DNA of 32,000 nucleotides, taken from contig NZ_AP024987.1 in NCBI RefSeq assembly GCF_020885515.1, positions 510,001-542,000 of the forward strand, given 5' to 3'. This stretch comes from a cyanobacterium endosymbiont of Braarudosphaera bigelowii. GTDB lineage: Bacteria > Cyanobacteriota > Cyanobacteriia > Cyanobacteriales > Microcystaceae. Of this stretch, positions 10,020 through 19,722 are shown piece after piece. Position numbers and translations under genes: made by a program. Position 1 is the stretch's first letter. Each line of letters starts with the position of its first letter. The notes beneath the pieces were generated by a model. That model had not been told where the DNA came from. It did no database searches and saw only the letters and a program-made list of their open reading frames with translations.

Positions 10020-11309
10020 TTATTTTACAAAACTAGCGATTACTTTTCCTTTTATTTTTTGCCCTAACCAAAAAGTATTATGACTCAAAGAATAAAGGTT
10101 AGAGGGAGAAATTTCCCAAGATTTTTTAGGATCAAAAATAATAAACTCTAAAGGAGAACCTGCTTTAATAGGACTTAAGGGCTCTCCTAAATATTCACAA
10201 GGTATATTGCTTAGTACTTTCCATAGTTGAAGTGCCGACAATTTTTTAGTTTCTACTAATTCCTGCCAAAGTAAGGGTAATGCTAGTTGTAGTCCTATTG
10301 TTCCTGTAGGAGCGTCTGCAAAAGGTACTGTCTTTTCTTCATAAGTATAGGCATGATGATCAACTGCTACCATGTCTATGATACCTTGTGAGATAGCATC
10401 AATTAATACAGTACGATCCTCTAAGTTACCTAGAGGAGGATTCAATCTCAAACTAGAATTATAACTAGCAATTGCTCTTGAATCTAATAATAAGTGCATC
10501 CAAGTTGTGCTTGCAGTAATAGGAATACCTCTTGATTTTCCCCACGCAATTAGTTCAACGGAACGACGCGTAGAAATCCTCATTAAATGAACAGGAGTTT
10601 GAGTAGCAGCTACTATCTCTAGTATTGCCGCAACTGCTGTAGATTCTGTTATCGAAGGATTAACCTGAAGTCCACAACTAATTGAAGAGAAACCTTCTCT
10701 TATTACTCCATCTCCTCTTAAAGAAAAACAATCTGGAACTAAAGCAATAGGTTTACCTAGAGGTTTAAGATATTCTAGTAATCGCCATAGCATTCCTAAA
10801 TTTTCTATTTCCCGATTGTCTGTAAATCCTAAGACTCCATTCATTGCTAGTTCTTGTAACTCTGCCATTTGTTTTCCTTTCGCATCTTTTGTAAGATTTC
10901 CCCAAAAATTTAGTTTTACAGAAGAAATTTGTTTTGCTCTTTGTTGCAAATAGGAAAGAGAAGTTAAGTTATCAACTGATGGAATAGTTTGAGGAAGAAT
11001 ACCAACACGGGTGAACCCTCCTGCAATGGCAGAGGCTGCTAAAGTATCTAATGTCTCTCTAGTTTCATAACCAGGTTCTTCACTATAGCTATATAAATCC
11101 ATTAGTCCGGGAGCAAAAATAAGATCTTTACCATTAATAATTTTTACTTCTGAAAAATCTTCATTTAGGTGATGATCTATCTTAAGAATTTTTTCTCTAT
11201 CTAATAAAACATCACAAATGGAATGAGTATTGGCTACAGGATCTAAAACTTGAATTTGTCTCAATAAGGTTAAAGAATAAGTTATCATATTAAAATTAAA
11301 GTTAAACAA
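10020..11309 (-). CDS. Cyanobacterial dihydroorotase-like protein (amidohydrolase fold), metal-ligand motif degenerate
   Basis: LIFAPGLMDLYSYSEEPGYETRETLDTLAASAIAGGFTRVGILPQTIPSVDN aligns with the DHOase APGLIDLHVHLREPG...TRGGFT region. C-terminal VDHHAYTYEEKTVPFADAPTGTIGLQLALPLL is also DHOase-like. Likely true start is the Met at 11288 (MITYSLTLLRQIQVLDP). Usually annotated pyrC in cyanobacteria. Confidence 0.82.
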   Translation of the reverse strand: MFNFNFNMITYSLTLLRQIQVLDPVANTHSICDVLLDREKILKIDHHLNEDFSEVKIINGKDLIFAPGLMDLYSYSEEPGYETRETLDTLAASAIAGGFTRVGILPQTIPSVDNLTSLSYLQQRAKQISSVKLNFWGNLTKDAKGKQMAELQELAMNGVLGFTDNREIENLGMLWRLLEYLKPLGKPIALVPDCFSLRGDGVIREGFSSISCGLQVNPSITESTAVAAILEIVAATQTPVHLMRISTRRSVELIAWGKSRGIPITASTTWMHLLLDSRAIASYNSSLRLNPPLGNLEDRTVLIDAISQGIIDMVAVDHHAYTYEEKTVPFADAPTGTIGLQLALPLLWQELVETKKLSALQLWKVLSNIPCEYLGEPLSPIKAGSPLEFIIFDPKKSWEISPSNLYSLSHNTFWLGQKIKGKVIASFVK

Positions 11310-11623
11310 GCATTCTGACTAGATTCTCAATACTTAAAGATAATATATTTATTTTTCGATTAATTTAAGTTATTTACTATATAAATAATTATCACATAAC
11401 TGATTAAACTTCTTATACTTTACTAAATAGCTTTTTATATGAGAATTTAATTCTTTAGATTAGTTAATATTTCTAATAATCGGTCTGGTTTTTAATAAAA
11501 GAAGTTTTCATTTATTACTTTTTTTAAAATGTTTAATTAGTATTTTTTTACTATCAAAGTAATCTAGTAAAACTATTACTTAATTTTTTTTATTTTTAAT
11601 GTGATGAATATTTAAATATTATA

Positions 11624-13021
11624 TTACTTGAAAGTACCAATAGTATCTTTAAATATAAGAACTTGTTCGTCAGCATAACCAGCAAAGGTTCTACTTATAA
11701 TAAGTTTGATTTTGATACCTAAACCAGATTGTAGGTATTTTAGATCAATAGGTAGTTTTCCAATATCGATTATAAATTGATTACCGTTTAAAATAACTAA
11801 CTCATCTGGAATATTTCCTCTATATTTTGTACTATAGTCAGAAACAGGTCGTAACCATGGATCTGAATAAGTAACACTATAAATAATACTGAATTTAGTT
11901 GAGACTAAATGAGACTCGTCTGCTTTATCAATTAACTTAAACTGTAAATTTTTTCCTTTCCCAGAAATCTCTTGAGCTTTTAAGCGAGTTACATCACTTT
12001 TTTTTATGGAGTTATGAACTATAAATTGCGTAATTTTTTTATGTTGTTGTGTGGTTGCTTCTATCCAAATATCATCAGGAATATTGACTAAGATACCTTT
12101 GTTACTAATGTATTGTAAGGTTACTTGCTCATGAGAAAATTTATTAAAGGATTGAGGGGCATTCCAAATTAATAAAAAAGAATGTTCTAGTCTTTCTATT
12201 AGTGCTAGATACTGATCATTAATTATGGAAGCAGGACTAAATAAAGAAGATGCGTTATTCTTAGTTTCCCAAATGTTTTTTGATAATAAATAGCCCTTAT
12301 TTTTTAAGGTAGACATACTTACTGTTATTGCTGATTTGTCAGGTTCAAGAGGTTTATCAAGATTTATTAAAGTTAAATAACCTCTTTGTCCATCCTTTCC
12401 AAAAGTTCCACTGACACCATTGGATCCATTTTTACCATCTTGACATTGAAACTTTAAAGTTGTGCAGCTATAACCAGATTTACCTGGATTATTATCGCAA
12501 CTTTCTAGTGCCCAATAAGAACTGTTACAACGACATCCTTCTCCTCCAATGCCACCTCGTCCTGGTTTTCCACCTTGTCCTCCTGATGCATTAACAAAAA
12601 TTTTGCTTAGATTTTCAATATTACTTGTATATAAAGTCAATGAACCTCCATTCCCTCCATTCCCTCCATTCCCTCCACTACCACTATTACCACCATCAGA
12701 GGCTTTTAAGTGATATTTAACATCTAGAGGTTGAGCTTTACATTTTGCATCTTTGCCGTGTTCTCCATTTTCTCCTGGTTGTCCGTTTTCCCCTGCTAAA
12801 TCTAGATCTAGAGGAGAGTCATCAATAAAAATAGTTAAATCTTCGCTATTTTTACCATCTTCTCCTGATGTGCCATGATGAGCATTAATACCATTCTCAC
12901 CGAATGTTGTTACTTCAGTAGCAATTGCAGATTTTATATAAAATTTAAGTGCTACAAATGATGAAGAAATAATAAGAATTTGAGGGAAAAGTATAAAAAA
13001 AAGAAGTTTAATTAATTGCAT
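11624..13021 (-). CDS. Predicted secreted Gly-rich/collagen-like repeat protein of unknown function
   Basis: 465 aa. Hydrophobic N-terminal segment; many G-x-x / GGNGGN repeats (GENGINAHHGTSGEDGKNSED, AGENGQPGENGEHGKDAK, GGNSGSGGNGGNGGNGG, GGQGGKPGRGGIGGEG, GKNGSNGVSGTFGKDGQRG), a Cys-rich insert, and a ~250-aa non-repetitive C-terminal domain. Confidence 0.75.
   Translation of the reverse strand: MQLIKLLFFILFPQILIISSSFVALKFYIKSAIATEVTTFGENGINAHHGTSGEDGKNSEDLTIFIDDSPLDLDLAGENGQPGENGEHGKDAKCKAQPLDVKYHLKASDGGNSGSGGNGGNGGNGGSLTLYTSNIENLSKIFVNASGGQGGKPGRGGIGGEGCRCNSSYWALESCDNNPGKSGYSCTTLKFQCQDGKNGSNGVSGTFGKDGQRGYLTLINLDKPLEPDKSAITVSMSTLKNKGYLLSKNIWETKNNASSLFSPASIINDQYLALIERLEHSFLLIWNAPQSFNKFSHEQVTLQYISNKGILVNIPDDIWIEATTQQHKKITQFIVHNSIKKSDVTRLKAQEISGKGKNLQFKLIDKADESHLVSTKFSIIYSVTYSDPWLRPVSDYSTKYRGNIPDELVILNGNQFIIDIGKLPIDLKYLQSGLGIKIKLIISRTFAGYADEQVLIFKDTIGTFK
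12645..12677. repeat. 9-bp tandem repeat (CCTCCATTC, about 3.7 copies) inside the Gly-rich CDS
   Basis: Exact cctccattc units at 12645-12653, 12654-12662 and 12663-12671, plus the partial 12672-12677. Encodes (GGN)n on the minus strand. Confidence 0.9.
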
Positions 13022-13252
13022 TTATTCGTTACATGGTTAACGATATTAAAATTATAGAAGACTATGTATTACAAAATTTTGTTTCTTAAATGCTATTTTA
13101 CTTACTATTAATAATAAAATTAACTTAGCAAAATTTAATTTATAATTAAATTTATAAATATAAACAACTTTAGAATTTGAATCTAAGTTTTAAGTATTGT
13201 TTGTATTTTATAGACCAAATGTTTAATTGCCTTTTGTATAAGTAAAATATTA

Positions 13253-14431
13253 TTAAAGTGTATTGATGAATTCTTCTATTCTATCCATTCCTTTTTTAAT
13301 AGATATTAAGTCAGCAGCATAAGAAACACGTATACAATCATCATTACCAAATGCTTGTCCTGGAATAACAGCAACTTGATATTTTTCCAACAAATCATTT
13401 GAAAATTGTATAGAATTTTTGCTTATTTGACTAATATCAATAAATACATAGAATGCTCCCATTGGAATGGGACAGCTTATTTGAGGAATTGATGCAACTC
13501 TTTTAAGGACGCTGTTACGACGATTAGTAAAAGCATTTAACATTTCCTGAACACATGCTGAAGATTCTTTCTCTTTCAGTGCAGCAATGGCTCCATATTG
13601 AGCAAAAGTGCAGACATTAGAAGTACTATGGCTTTGAACAGTACTAACAGCCTTAATTAAGTTACTAGGACCAGCCAAATAACCTAAACGCCATCCTGTC
13701 ATAGCATAACTTTTAGAAAATCCATTACTAATAATTGTTTTTCTAAGAATATCTTTTCCTAGTGCTCCAATACTGATGTGTTTTGTTTTAGAGTATAAAA
13801 TTTTTTCATAAATTTCATCAGAAACAATCCATATATCATATTTTATAATTATTTCTGCTAACTTTTTAAGTTCTTGATATGTATAGACTGCACCAGTAGG
13901 ATTAGAGGGAGAATTAAGAATAAATAATTTTGTTTTTGGAGTAATAGCCTTTAATAACTGTTCCGGTGTAATTTTATAATTTGTTTCTGCTTTAGTTTCT
14001 ACAATAACAGGTATACCTTTCGCTAGTCTAACCATTTCAGGATAACTAAGCCAATATGGAGCAGGAATAATTACTTCATCTCCACTTTCTATCAGAGCTA
14101 ACATTAAATTAAATAATGAATGCTTACCTCCATTTGTTACGATAATATTATCAGGAGTGTAATCAAGTCCGTTATCTTCTTTTAGTTTATTTACTAAAGC
14201 TTCTTTTAATGCTAATTCACCTGATACAGGACCATACTTAGTCTTTCCTTCCTGTAAAGCTAATATTGCTGAGTTTTTAATATGTTGAGGTGTATCAAAA
14301 TCTGGTTCTCCTGAACTAAGATTATAGATATCTATGCCTTGTGTTTTCATCTGTTTAGCTTTAGCAGCAATACCAAGGGTTATCGAGGGAGTAATTTGCT
14401 TTACTCTTGCTGCTAGTTGATTCATATTCAC
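13253..14431 (-). CDS. aspC: Class I/II aminotransferase, aspartate aminotransferase
   Basis: 392 aa with [60 protein letters not shown] (PLP Lys motif) and RVSYAA. Confidence 0.93.
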   Translation of the reverse strand: MNMNQLAARVKQITPSITLGIAAKAKQMKTQGIDIYNLSSGEPDFDTPQHIKNSAILALQEGKTKYGPVSGELALKEALVNKLKEDNGLDYTPDNIIVTNGGKHSLFNLMLALIESGDEVIIPAPYWLSYPEMVRLAKGIPVIVETKAETNYKITPEQLLKAITPKTKLFILNSPSNPTGAVYTYQELKKLAEIIIKYDIWIVSDEIYEKILYSKTKHISIGALGKDILRKTIISNGFSKSYAMTGWRLGYLAGPSNLIKAVSTVQSHSTSNVCTFAQYGAIAALKEKESSACVQEMLNAFTNRRNSVLKRVASIPQISCPIPMGAFYVFIDISQISKNSIQFSNDLLEKYQVAVIPGQAFGNDDCIRVSYAADLISIKKGMDRIEEFINTL

Positions 14432-14562
14432 TCTTTCAAACCTGATATATTACTATTAATTACTCTACAACATTTCTTTTACAATACACTTTTAGTAACA
14501 TTTTCTTTTTTCTTGAATATAATTTTTTTTATAACAATTAGTAACATTTCAGTTGATTAATA

Positions 14563-14601
14563 TTATTAAATATCTATATGGTTCATATAGATATTTAATA
14601 A
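14563..14601. repeat. Perfect 18-bp inverted repeat (3-nt loop) between aspC and ndhD, with a third partial copy at 14610-14619
   Basis: TTATTAAATATCTATATG (14563-14580) / GTT / CATATAGATATTTAATAA (14584-14601); AATATCTATA recurs at 14610-14619, followed by a T7 run (14621-14627). Confidence 0.88.
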
Positions 14602-14678
14602 AAATGTTTAATATCTATACTTTTTTTATTAAATAATTTTCAACTATAAGATTTATCAATTATTAGCTATATTATTTT

Positions 14679-16139
14679 TTATCTTATTAACAAAGTATTT
14701 ATTGAGGTTTCACTCCAACGTAATAACCAGCTTGGTTGAATTCCTAACATTATAATTAAAACTGCTAAAAGCAATGCTGGAGAACGCTCAGACCAGTATA
14801 TACGAGGAATATCAATTAATCTTGGAGTTAATCTTCCAAAAAAAACACGATTTACCATCAATAAAAAATATACTGCGGTTAGTCCACTACCTATCAAACA
14901 GAGCAAAGTTTGAATTGGAAAAACAGGAAAACTACCTCGAAATACAAGAAATTCTGCAATAAAACCAATCATCCCAGGAATACCAGAACTCGCCATTACT
15001 CCAAGAATAATTAAGCTTCCTGTAATAGGTAATCCGTTCTGTGAGTTGAATAAACCAGATAAAAAGTCTACATCACGACTACCTGTTTTTTCATAAACAA
15101 TTCCCACAAGAAAAAATAATAAGGCAGAGATTAATCCATGACTGATCATTTGAAAAACAGCAGCATTCAAACTTAATGAAGTGTTTGCAGATAATGCTAA
15201 CAAAACATAAGCCATGTGAGAGATAGAAGAATAAGCGACCACTTTTTTCATATCTTTTTGTGCTATGGCACAAAAAGCTCCATATAATGCACTAATAACA
15301 GCTAAAGTTGCCAACATAGGAGACAAATATATCCATGCATCTGTAAATAAGCCAACGCCAAAACGTAATAACCCGTAGGTACCTAGTTTTAGTAAGACTC
15401 CAGCTAATAAAATTGAAACAGGAGTTGAAGCTTCTACATGTGTATCTGGTAGCCAAGCATGAAAGGGAACAATAGGAATTTTAATGCTTAAGCCTACCAA
15501 TAATGGAATTAATAGAAACAGCTGATGTGTAGGAGATAGAGAATGAAAACGCAAAGACCAGTAATTAAATGTAGGTATACCTGATAACCATACCAATCCC
15601 AAGAAAGATATAAAAATGAAAATTCCAGAAATAGATGTATATATTAGAAACTTAATAGAAGCATAATCACGTTTTATCCCTCCCCAAATTACAAGTAAAA
15701 AATATAGTGGAATAGTTTCTAACTCATAAAAAATAAAAAATAAGAGTAAATCCTGTGATAAGAAAGCTCCAGAGATACCGCTGTTTAAAATCAATATTAG
15801 TCCGTAGTAAAACCTTTGTCTTTGGATATTTTTACTACTGCTATAAATAGTAATTAAAGTAAGAAAATTATTGAGACATACCAAAGGTAATGATAACCCA
15901 TCGATTCCGAGACTATAGTTTAAACCAATTCTATCTATCCAAAGAAAAGATTCATAGAATTGTATTTCGGGATTGCTTACATTAAATTTAAAGCCAATAG
16001 CTATAGTTAAGGCTAATAAGATGACTGATATGAAAATAGCAAATAAACGACAATAGTCATTATCTTGCTGTTTAAAAAAAAATATTATTAAAATAGCACT
16101 TAATAAAGGTAACCAAATTAAGCAACTAAGAACTGGCAA
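14679..16139 (-). CDS. ndhD: NAD(P)H-quinone oxidoreductase subunit 4 (NdhD3/NdhD4-like)
   Basis: 486 aa; LNYSLGIDGLSLPLVCLNNFLT, FYELETIPLYFLLVIWGG, KIPIVPFHAWLPDTHVEASTPVSILLAGVLLKLGTYGLLRF, KDMKKVVAYSSISHMAYVLLAL. Confidence 0.93.
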   Translation of the reverse strand: MPVLSCLIWLPLLSAILIIFFFKQQDNDYCRLFAIFISVILLALTIAIGFKFNVSNPEIQFYESFLWIDRIGLNYSLGIDGLSLPLVCLNNFLTLITIYSSSKNIQRQRFYYGLILILNSGISGAFLSQDLLLFFIFYELETIPLYFLLVIWGGIKRDYASIKFLIYTSISGIFIFISFLGLVWLSGIPTFNYWSLRFHSLSPTHQLFLLIPLLVGLSIKIPIVPFHAWLPDTHVEASTPVSILLAGVLLKLGTYGLLRFGVGLFTDAWIYLSPMLATLAVISALYGAFCAIAQKDMKKVVAYSSISHMAYVLLALSANTSLSLNAAVFQMISHGLISALLFFLVGIVYEKTGSRDVDFLSGLFNSQNGLPITGSLIILGVMASSGIPGMIGFIAEFLVFRGSFPVFPIQTLLCLIGSGLTAVYFLLMVNRVFFGRLTPRLIDIPRIYWSERSPALLLAVLIIMLGIQPSWLLRWSETSINTLLIR

Positions 16140-16262
16140 TTTTTTAACTCCTAGAATATAAAGAAATACTCATATAATAATTATTAATTATTATGATCTA
16201 TGGTTGAAAAAAACACTTTTAGCATTCTATCTACAATATTCTTATTTAAGAATAAAAGCTCA

Positions 16263-18161
16263 TTAACATAATGAGTTAATCGAAGTAACGTTAGAAATTA
16301 ATAGTAATTGATTCTTAAACAGAAACCATACTAGTATACTAAACCATAATCCTGAACATATTGTTAACACATATAATTGTAATTGTCCTGAACTAGAATA
16401 TTTTAAAATACTACTACTAAAGAAAACTATATAACTAATTAAATTATTCAGTCCATCAACAATATAACTGTCAAACCAGGATGTGATCCACGAAATATTT
16501 TTAACTAAGCTTACAACAGTCACAGCATAAACCTGTTCTAAGTAAAAATCATGAGCAAATATATTTTGAAAGAAATGTAACCATAAATTGGTAGATCTTT
16601 TCCTAGATACTGTATATGCAGTCCCGAACAAACATCCAAACAAACCTGATACAATAATTAGAAGACATACTGGACTAATTACAGATGGATAATTAGTTAA
16701 TATTGTAAACACTGGAGAAAGTTCTGATTTCCAGCGAATAGGTATTATAGGCTCAATTAAAACAAAAACTATTAAAACTACCATTGGGAACGACATAAAC
16801 CAAGTAACTTCTGGTGTTCGTTTAGTTTTATTTTGAAAAGTTCCTAAAAAAACAGTACAAAAAACTCTAGTCAGATTAAAAGCACATAAAGTATTAATTA
16901 TTAATAAAGTAACTAGTAAGTAAGGAGAAATACCCCAATAACCATCAAGCCAACTTCTCCATGTCCAAAACATTCCCATAGGGAACGACGCGATCAAACC
17001 AGTTAAACCGACAAGAAAAGCAACAGTTGTAACTGGCATTCTTGACCAGAGACCTCCCATTTCTGTAATATTCTGGCTATTTGTAGTGAAGATAACAGAC
17101 CCAGCACTCATAAATAAAAGTGCTTTTGGAATTGAATGTGCGTAAATTAATAAGAAAGCAATATCAACATGACCTAAACCAGCAGCAATAAATACTAAAC
17201 CTAAATAGGTACTTGTAGAGTGACATAAAGCTCTTTTAATATCTATTTGAGCCATAGCTATTAAGGAAGTACCAATACCAGTAACAACTCCTAAAATAAC
17301 TAATACATTAGAGGATGTTGAGGATAAAGCAAAAAGTGGTTGGAGCTTGATAAGGACATAAGCTCCAGCAGATACAACTATAGAGTTTCTCATAATGCTC
17401 GCAGGATTAGGTCCTTCCATAGCTTTATCCAACCATAAATTTAGAGGAAACTGAGCACATTTACCTGTTAATCCTGCAATAAGCGATAATCCCAATAAAG
17501 TTATATTTAACGTGGACACTGAAGTATTTAAAGCCCAAGTTTCTAATTCAGAAAAAGTTAACCCTTCTCCGTAGCTTGATAAAGCTACCAATCCCATAAA
17601 GAAAATTATATCTCCTACTCTTTTAGTTAAAAATGCATCTCTTGCTGCTGTTTGTACTAATGGTTGAGCATACCAAAAACCTACTAAAAGATATGTAGAT
17701 AAAGTTAAAATTTCTAAAAGTCCATAACTTAATAATAAAGAATCACTAAGGGCGATACCTCCTAAAGATGCTTCAAAAATTCCCATCATTCCCAAAAAAC
17801 GCGCTAGCGACCAATCTTTTTCCATATAACCTAAAGCATAAACTTGAGATAAAAAGCTAATACAAGTAATAAGCTCTAAAGCTCCCAAGCTAATTGGAGA
17901 CAATTCAACAGATAAAGATAGATGTAAATTAGCTATATTTAGCCAATCAAAGGCTAAATGTTTAACTGGTTTTCCCCAAATTAGGATAAAAGCAAAGGAA
18001 CTATGGATAAATGCTAGGCAACTCATTAATAAATTTAAATAAGCTCCAAAAAGAGGACCAATTCTGAGAGTAATATTGATTGACCAAGGTAGGGAAAATA
18101 GTGTACCTATCAAACCATAAAAAGGAATTAGCCAGCTACTATACAGAAAAAAAATACTCAT
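16263..18161 (-). CDS. ndhF: NAD(P)H-quinone oxidoreductase subunit 5 (NdhF3/NdhF4-like, CO2-uptake type)
   Basis: 632 aa; LLEILTLSTYLLVGFWYAQPLVQTAARDAFLTKRVGDIIFFMG, LAGLTGKCAQFPLNLWLDKAMEGPNPASIMRNSIVVSAGAYVLIKLQP. Resembles NdhF3/F4 more than respiratory NdhF1 from memory of those families. Confidence 0.88.
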   Translation of the reverse strand: MSIFFLYSSWLIPFYGLIGTLFSLPWSINITLRIGPLFGAYLNLLMSCLAFIHSSFAFILIWGKPVKHLAFDWLNIANLHLSLSVELSPISLGALELITCISFLSQVYALGYMEKDWSLARFLGMMGIFEASLGGIALSDSLLLSYGLLEILTLSTYLLVGFWYAQPLVQTAARDAFLTKRVGDIIFFMGLVALSSYGEGLTFSELETWALNTSVSTLNITLLGLSLIAGLTGKCAQFPLNLWLDKAMEGPNPASIMRNSIVVSAGAYVLIKLQPLFALSSTSSNVLVILGVVTGIGTSLIAMAQIDIKRALCHSTSTYLGLVFIAAGLGHVDIAFLLIYAHSIPKALLFMSAGSVIFTTNSQNITEMGGLWSRMPVTTVAFLVGLTGLIASFPMGMFWTWRSWLDGYWGISPYLLVTLLIINTLCAFNLTRVFCTVFLGTFQNKTKRTPEVTWFMSFPMVVLIVFVLIEPIIPIRWKSELSPVFTILTNYPSVISPVCLLIIVSGLFGCLFGTAYTVSRKRSTNLWLHFFQNIFAHDFYLEQVYAVTVVSLVKNISWITSWFDSYIVDGLNNLISYIVFFSSSILKYSSSGQLQLYVLTICSGLWFSILVWFLFKNQLLLISNVTSINSLC

Positions 18162-18591
18162 TTATAGTGATTAATTTACTTTAATAAAATTAGTCCAGAA
18201 AATATTATTAAAACCATATACTATCTTTTGCTATTTTTATAAGGTAATTTATGTCTGAAACTATCTTATAAAAAGCTTTTAATCTTAACTATATAATTAA
18301 TATTTAGCTTATATCAAACTAGTTCTTAAAATTATCAAGTCAAAAAAATTAGTATTGGTTGTTACCACATAAACTACTTACAATTTATAGATTATATACT
18401 TTCTCTATAATCAAAATATAGTTTTTTTATATAGTAAAATTACTGAATGATATCACAAGATTATTTATGATATTTAGAATTAATATATTGATATTAATTA
18501 AATTTTATAGTTTTCTGCCAAGTTTTTATAAACATCCTAAAATAATTAGTCATATAAAAATTTGATTTAATTTTAATTTTTATATCAGGAA

Positions 18592-19722
18592 TCAGATTTT
18601 AATTAATTTGTTAAATAATGATTTTCCTGTTTTACTAAATACAACAATAGATCGATTACGTTTAAATAGAATAGATCCTACGGCAACGTTAAAACTAACA
18701 TACTTGTGAATATAAGATTGTGCCTTTTTATCAATTGTTTCAGCAATTGATTGATAAATTTTAGCACTCCATTGACTTTTTGTTTCCTCGTCTAAACTTC
18801 TTAAAAAAGCTAGAGCATCCTCTGCTGTTTGACACTTAAATAAAGTTTGTAAGTTTTTTGATGGTAATCCGACTTTAACTCCATGAGTTATTAATACTTC
18901 TAATCTTCCATCTGCTAGATGATGGTGAGTGTTAAAGATACCTCCTGCAAGCTTAATTAACTTTCCATGGTATCCAAACAATATAATAGAAGTAACTTTT
19001 TCGATTCCAGCCATTATTAACAATGGTCCTATCCAGTTAGCTGTCTTAATTAAATTATGAGAATTAATACCCATACTTTTAGCTAAAGATAAGCCATTTT
19101 CTCCTAAGCAAAATACTAAAGTATCAGTCTTTCGAGACTTTTTTTGTAATTCTTCTTGACAATTTTGCAATTGGCTAGCTGTGCTTAAAGGTCTAGATAT
19201 ACCAGAAGTTCCTAGTAGTGATAATCCTTTGATTATCCCAAATGCTTCATTTGAAGTCTGTCTTGAAAGTTTCTTTCCTTCTGGCAAAATAATTGTAACT
19301 ATAATTTTTTCTGTTGAAGTTAAATAAAATTGTAGATTGTATCTTAATAGTTTCTCAGCATAGGAATAAATAGCATCTTTAAAATTATTATGAACTTGTT
19401 TACCAACACCTTCTCCTCCCTGTATAGTAACTTGTTCTTGATTATCTTTATATTTCTTTAACTCTACTATTACCCAGATTGGAGTATTCCTAGTTAAATC
19501 AAGATTATCCCCTGGATTACTAATAGTAATTGCTAAAGATTGATTTTGTTGAATCTTAGCTATTTGATTAATAGAAATAGTTACTATTTCTGATGGCTCA
19601 ACCAAATCAAGGTAAACCTTTTCATTAATTTTTCTTTTTTGTAAACGAAATAAAGCTGCGATTGCTGATGCACAAGCGAATACAGGTAAGGTATAACCAT
19701 AGGAAGCTGTTGTATTATTCAT
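18592..19722 (-). CDS. cbiD: Cobalt-precorrin-5B (C1)-methyltransferase
   Basis: 376 aa; YGYTLPVFACASAIAALF, TIQGGEGVGKQVHNN, ISRPLSTASQL, LFGYHGKLIKLAGGIFNTHHHLADGRLEVL, characteristic CbiD blocks. Confidence 0.9.
   Translation of the reverse strand: MNNTTASYGYTLPVFACASAIAALFRLQKRKINEKVYLDLVEPSEIVTISINQIAKIQQNQSLAITISNPGDNLDLTRNTPIWVIVELKKYKDNQEQVTIQGGEGVGKQVHNNFKDAIYSYAEKLLRYNLQFYLTSTEKIIVTIILPEGKKLSRQTSNEAFGIIKGLSLLGTSGISRPLSTASQLQNCQEELQKKSRKTDTLVFCLGENGLSLAKSMGINSHNLIKTANWIGPLLIMAGIEKVTSIILFGYHGKLIKLAGGIFNTHHHLADGRLEVLITHGVKVGLPSKNLQTLFKCQTAEDALAFLRSLDEETKSQWSAKIYQSIAETIDKKAQSYIHKYVSFNVAVGSILFKRNRSIVVFSKTGKSLFNKLIKI

Noticed and set aside
14774-15273. Small ORFs within ndhD (14774..14962 and 15091..15273)
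   Set aside because: Alternative-frame artefacts in a conserved membrane-protein gene.
16180-16215. ATAATAATT-att-AATTATTAT palindrome between ndhD and ndhF
   Set aside because: Only A/T and short; expected by chance in such AT-rich spacer DNA.
18162-18591. Possible cobalamin riboswitch near cbiD
   Set aside because: This gap is downstream of cbiD (minus strand), and I find no B12-box-like conserved core here or upstream of trhO.
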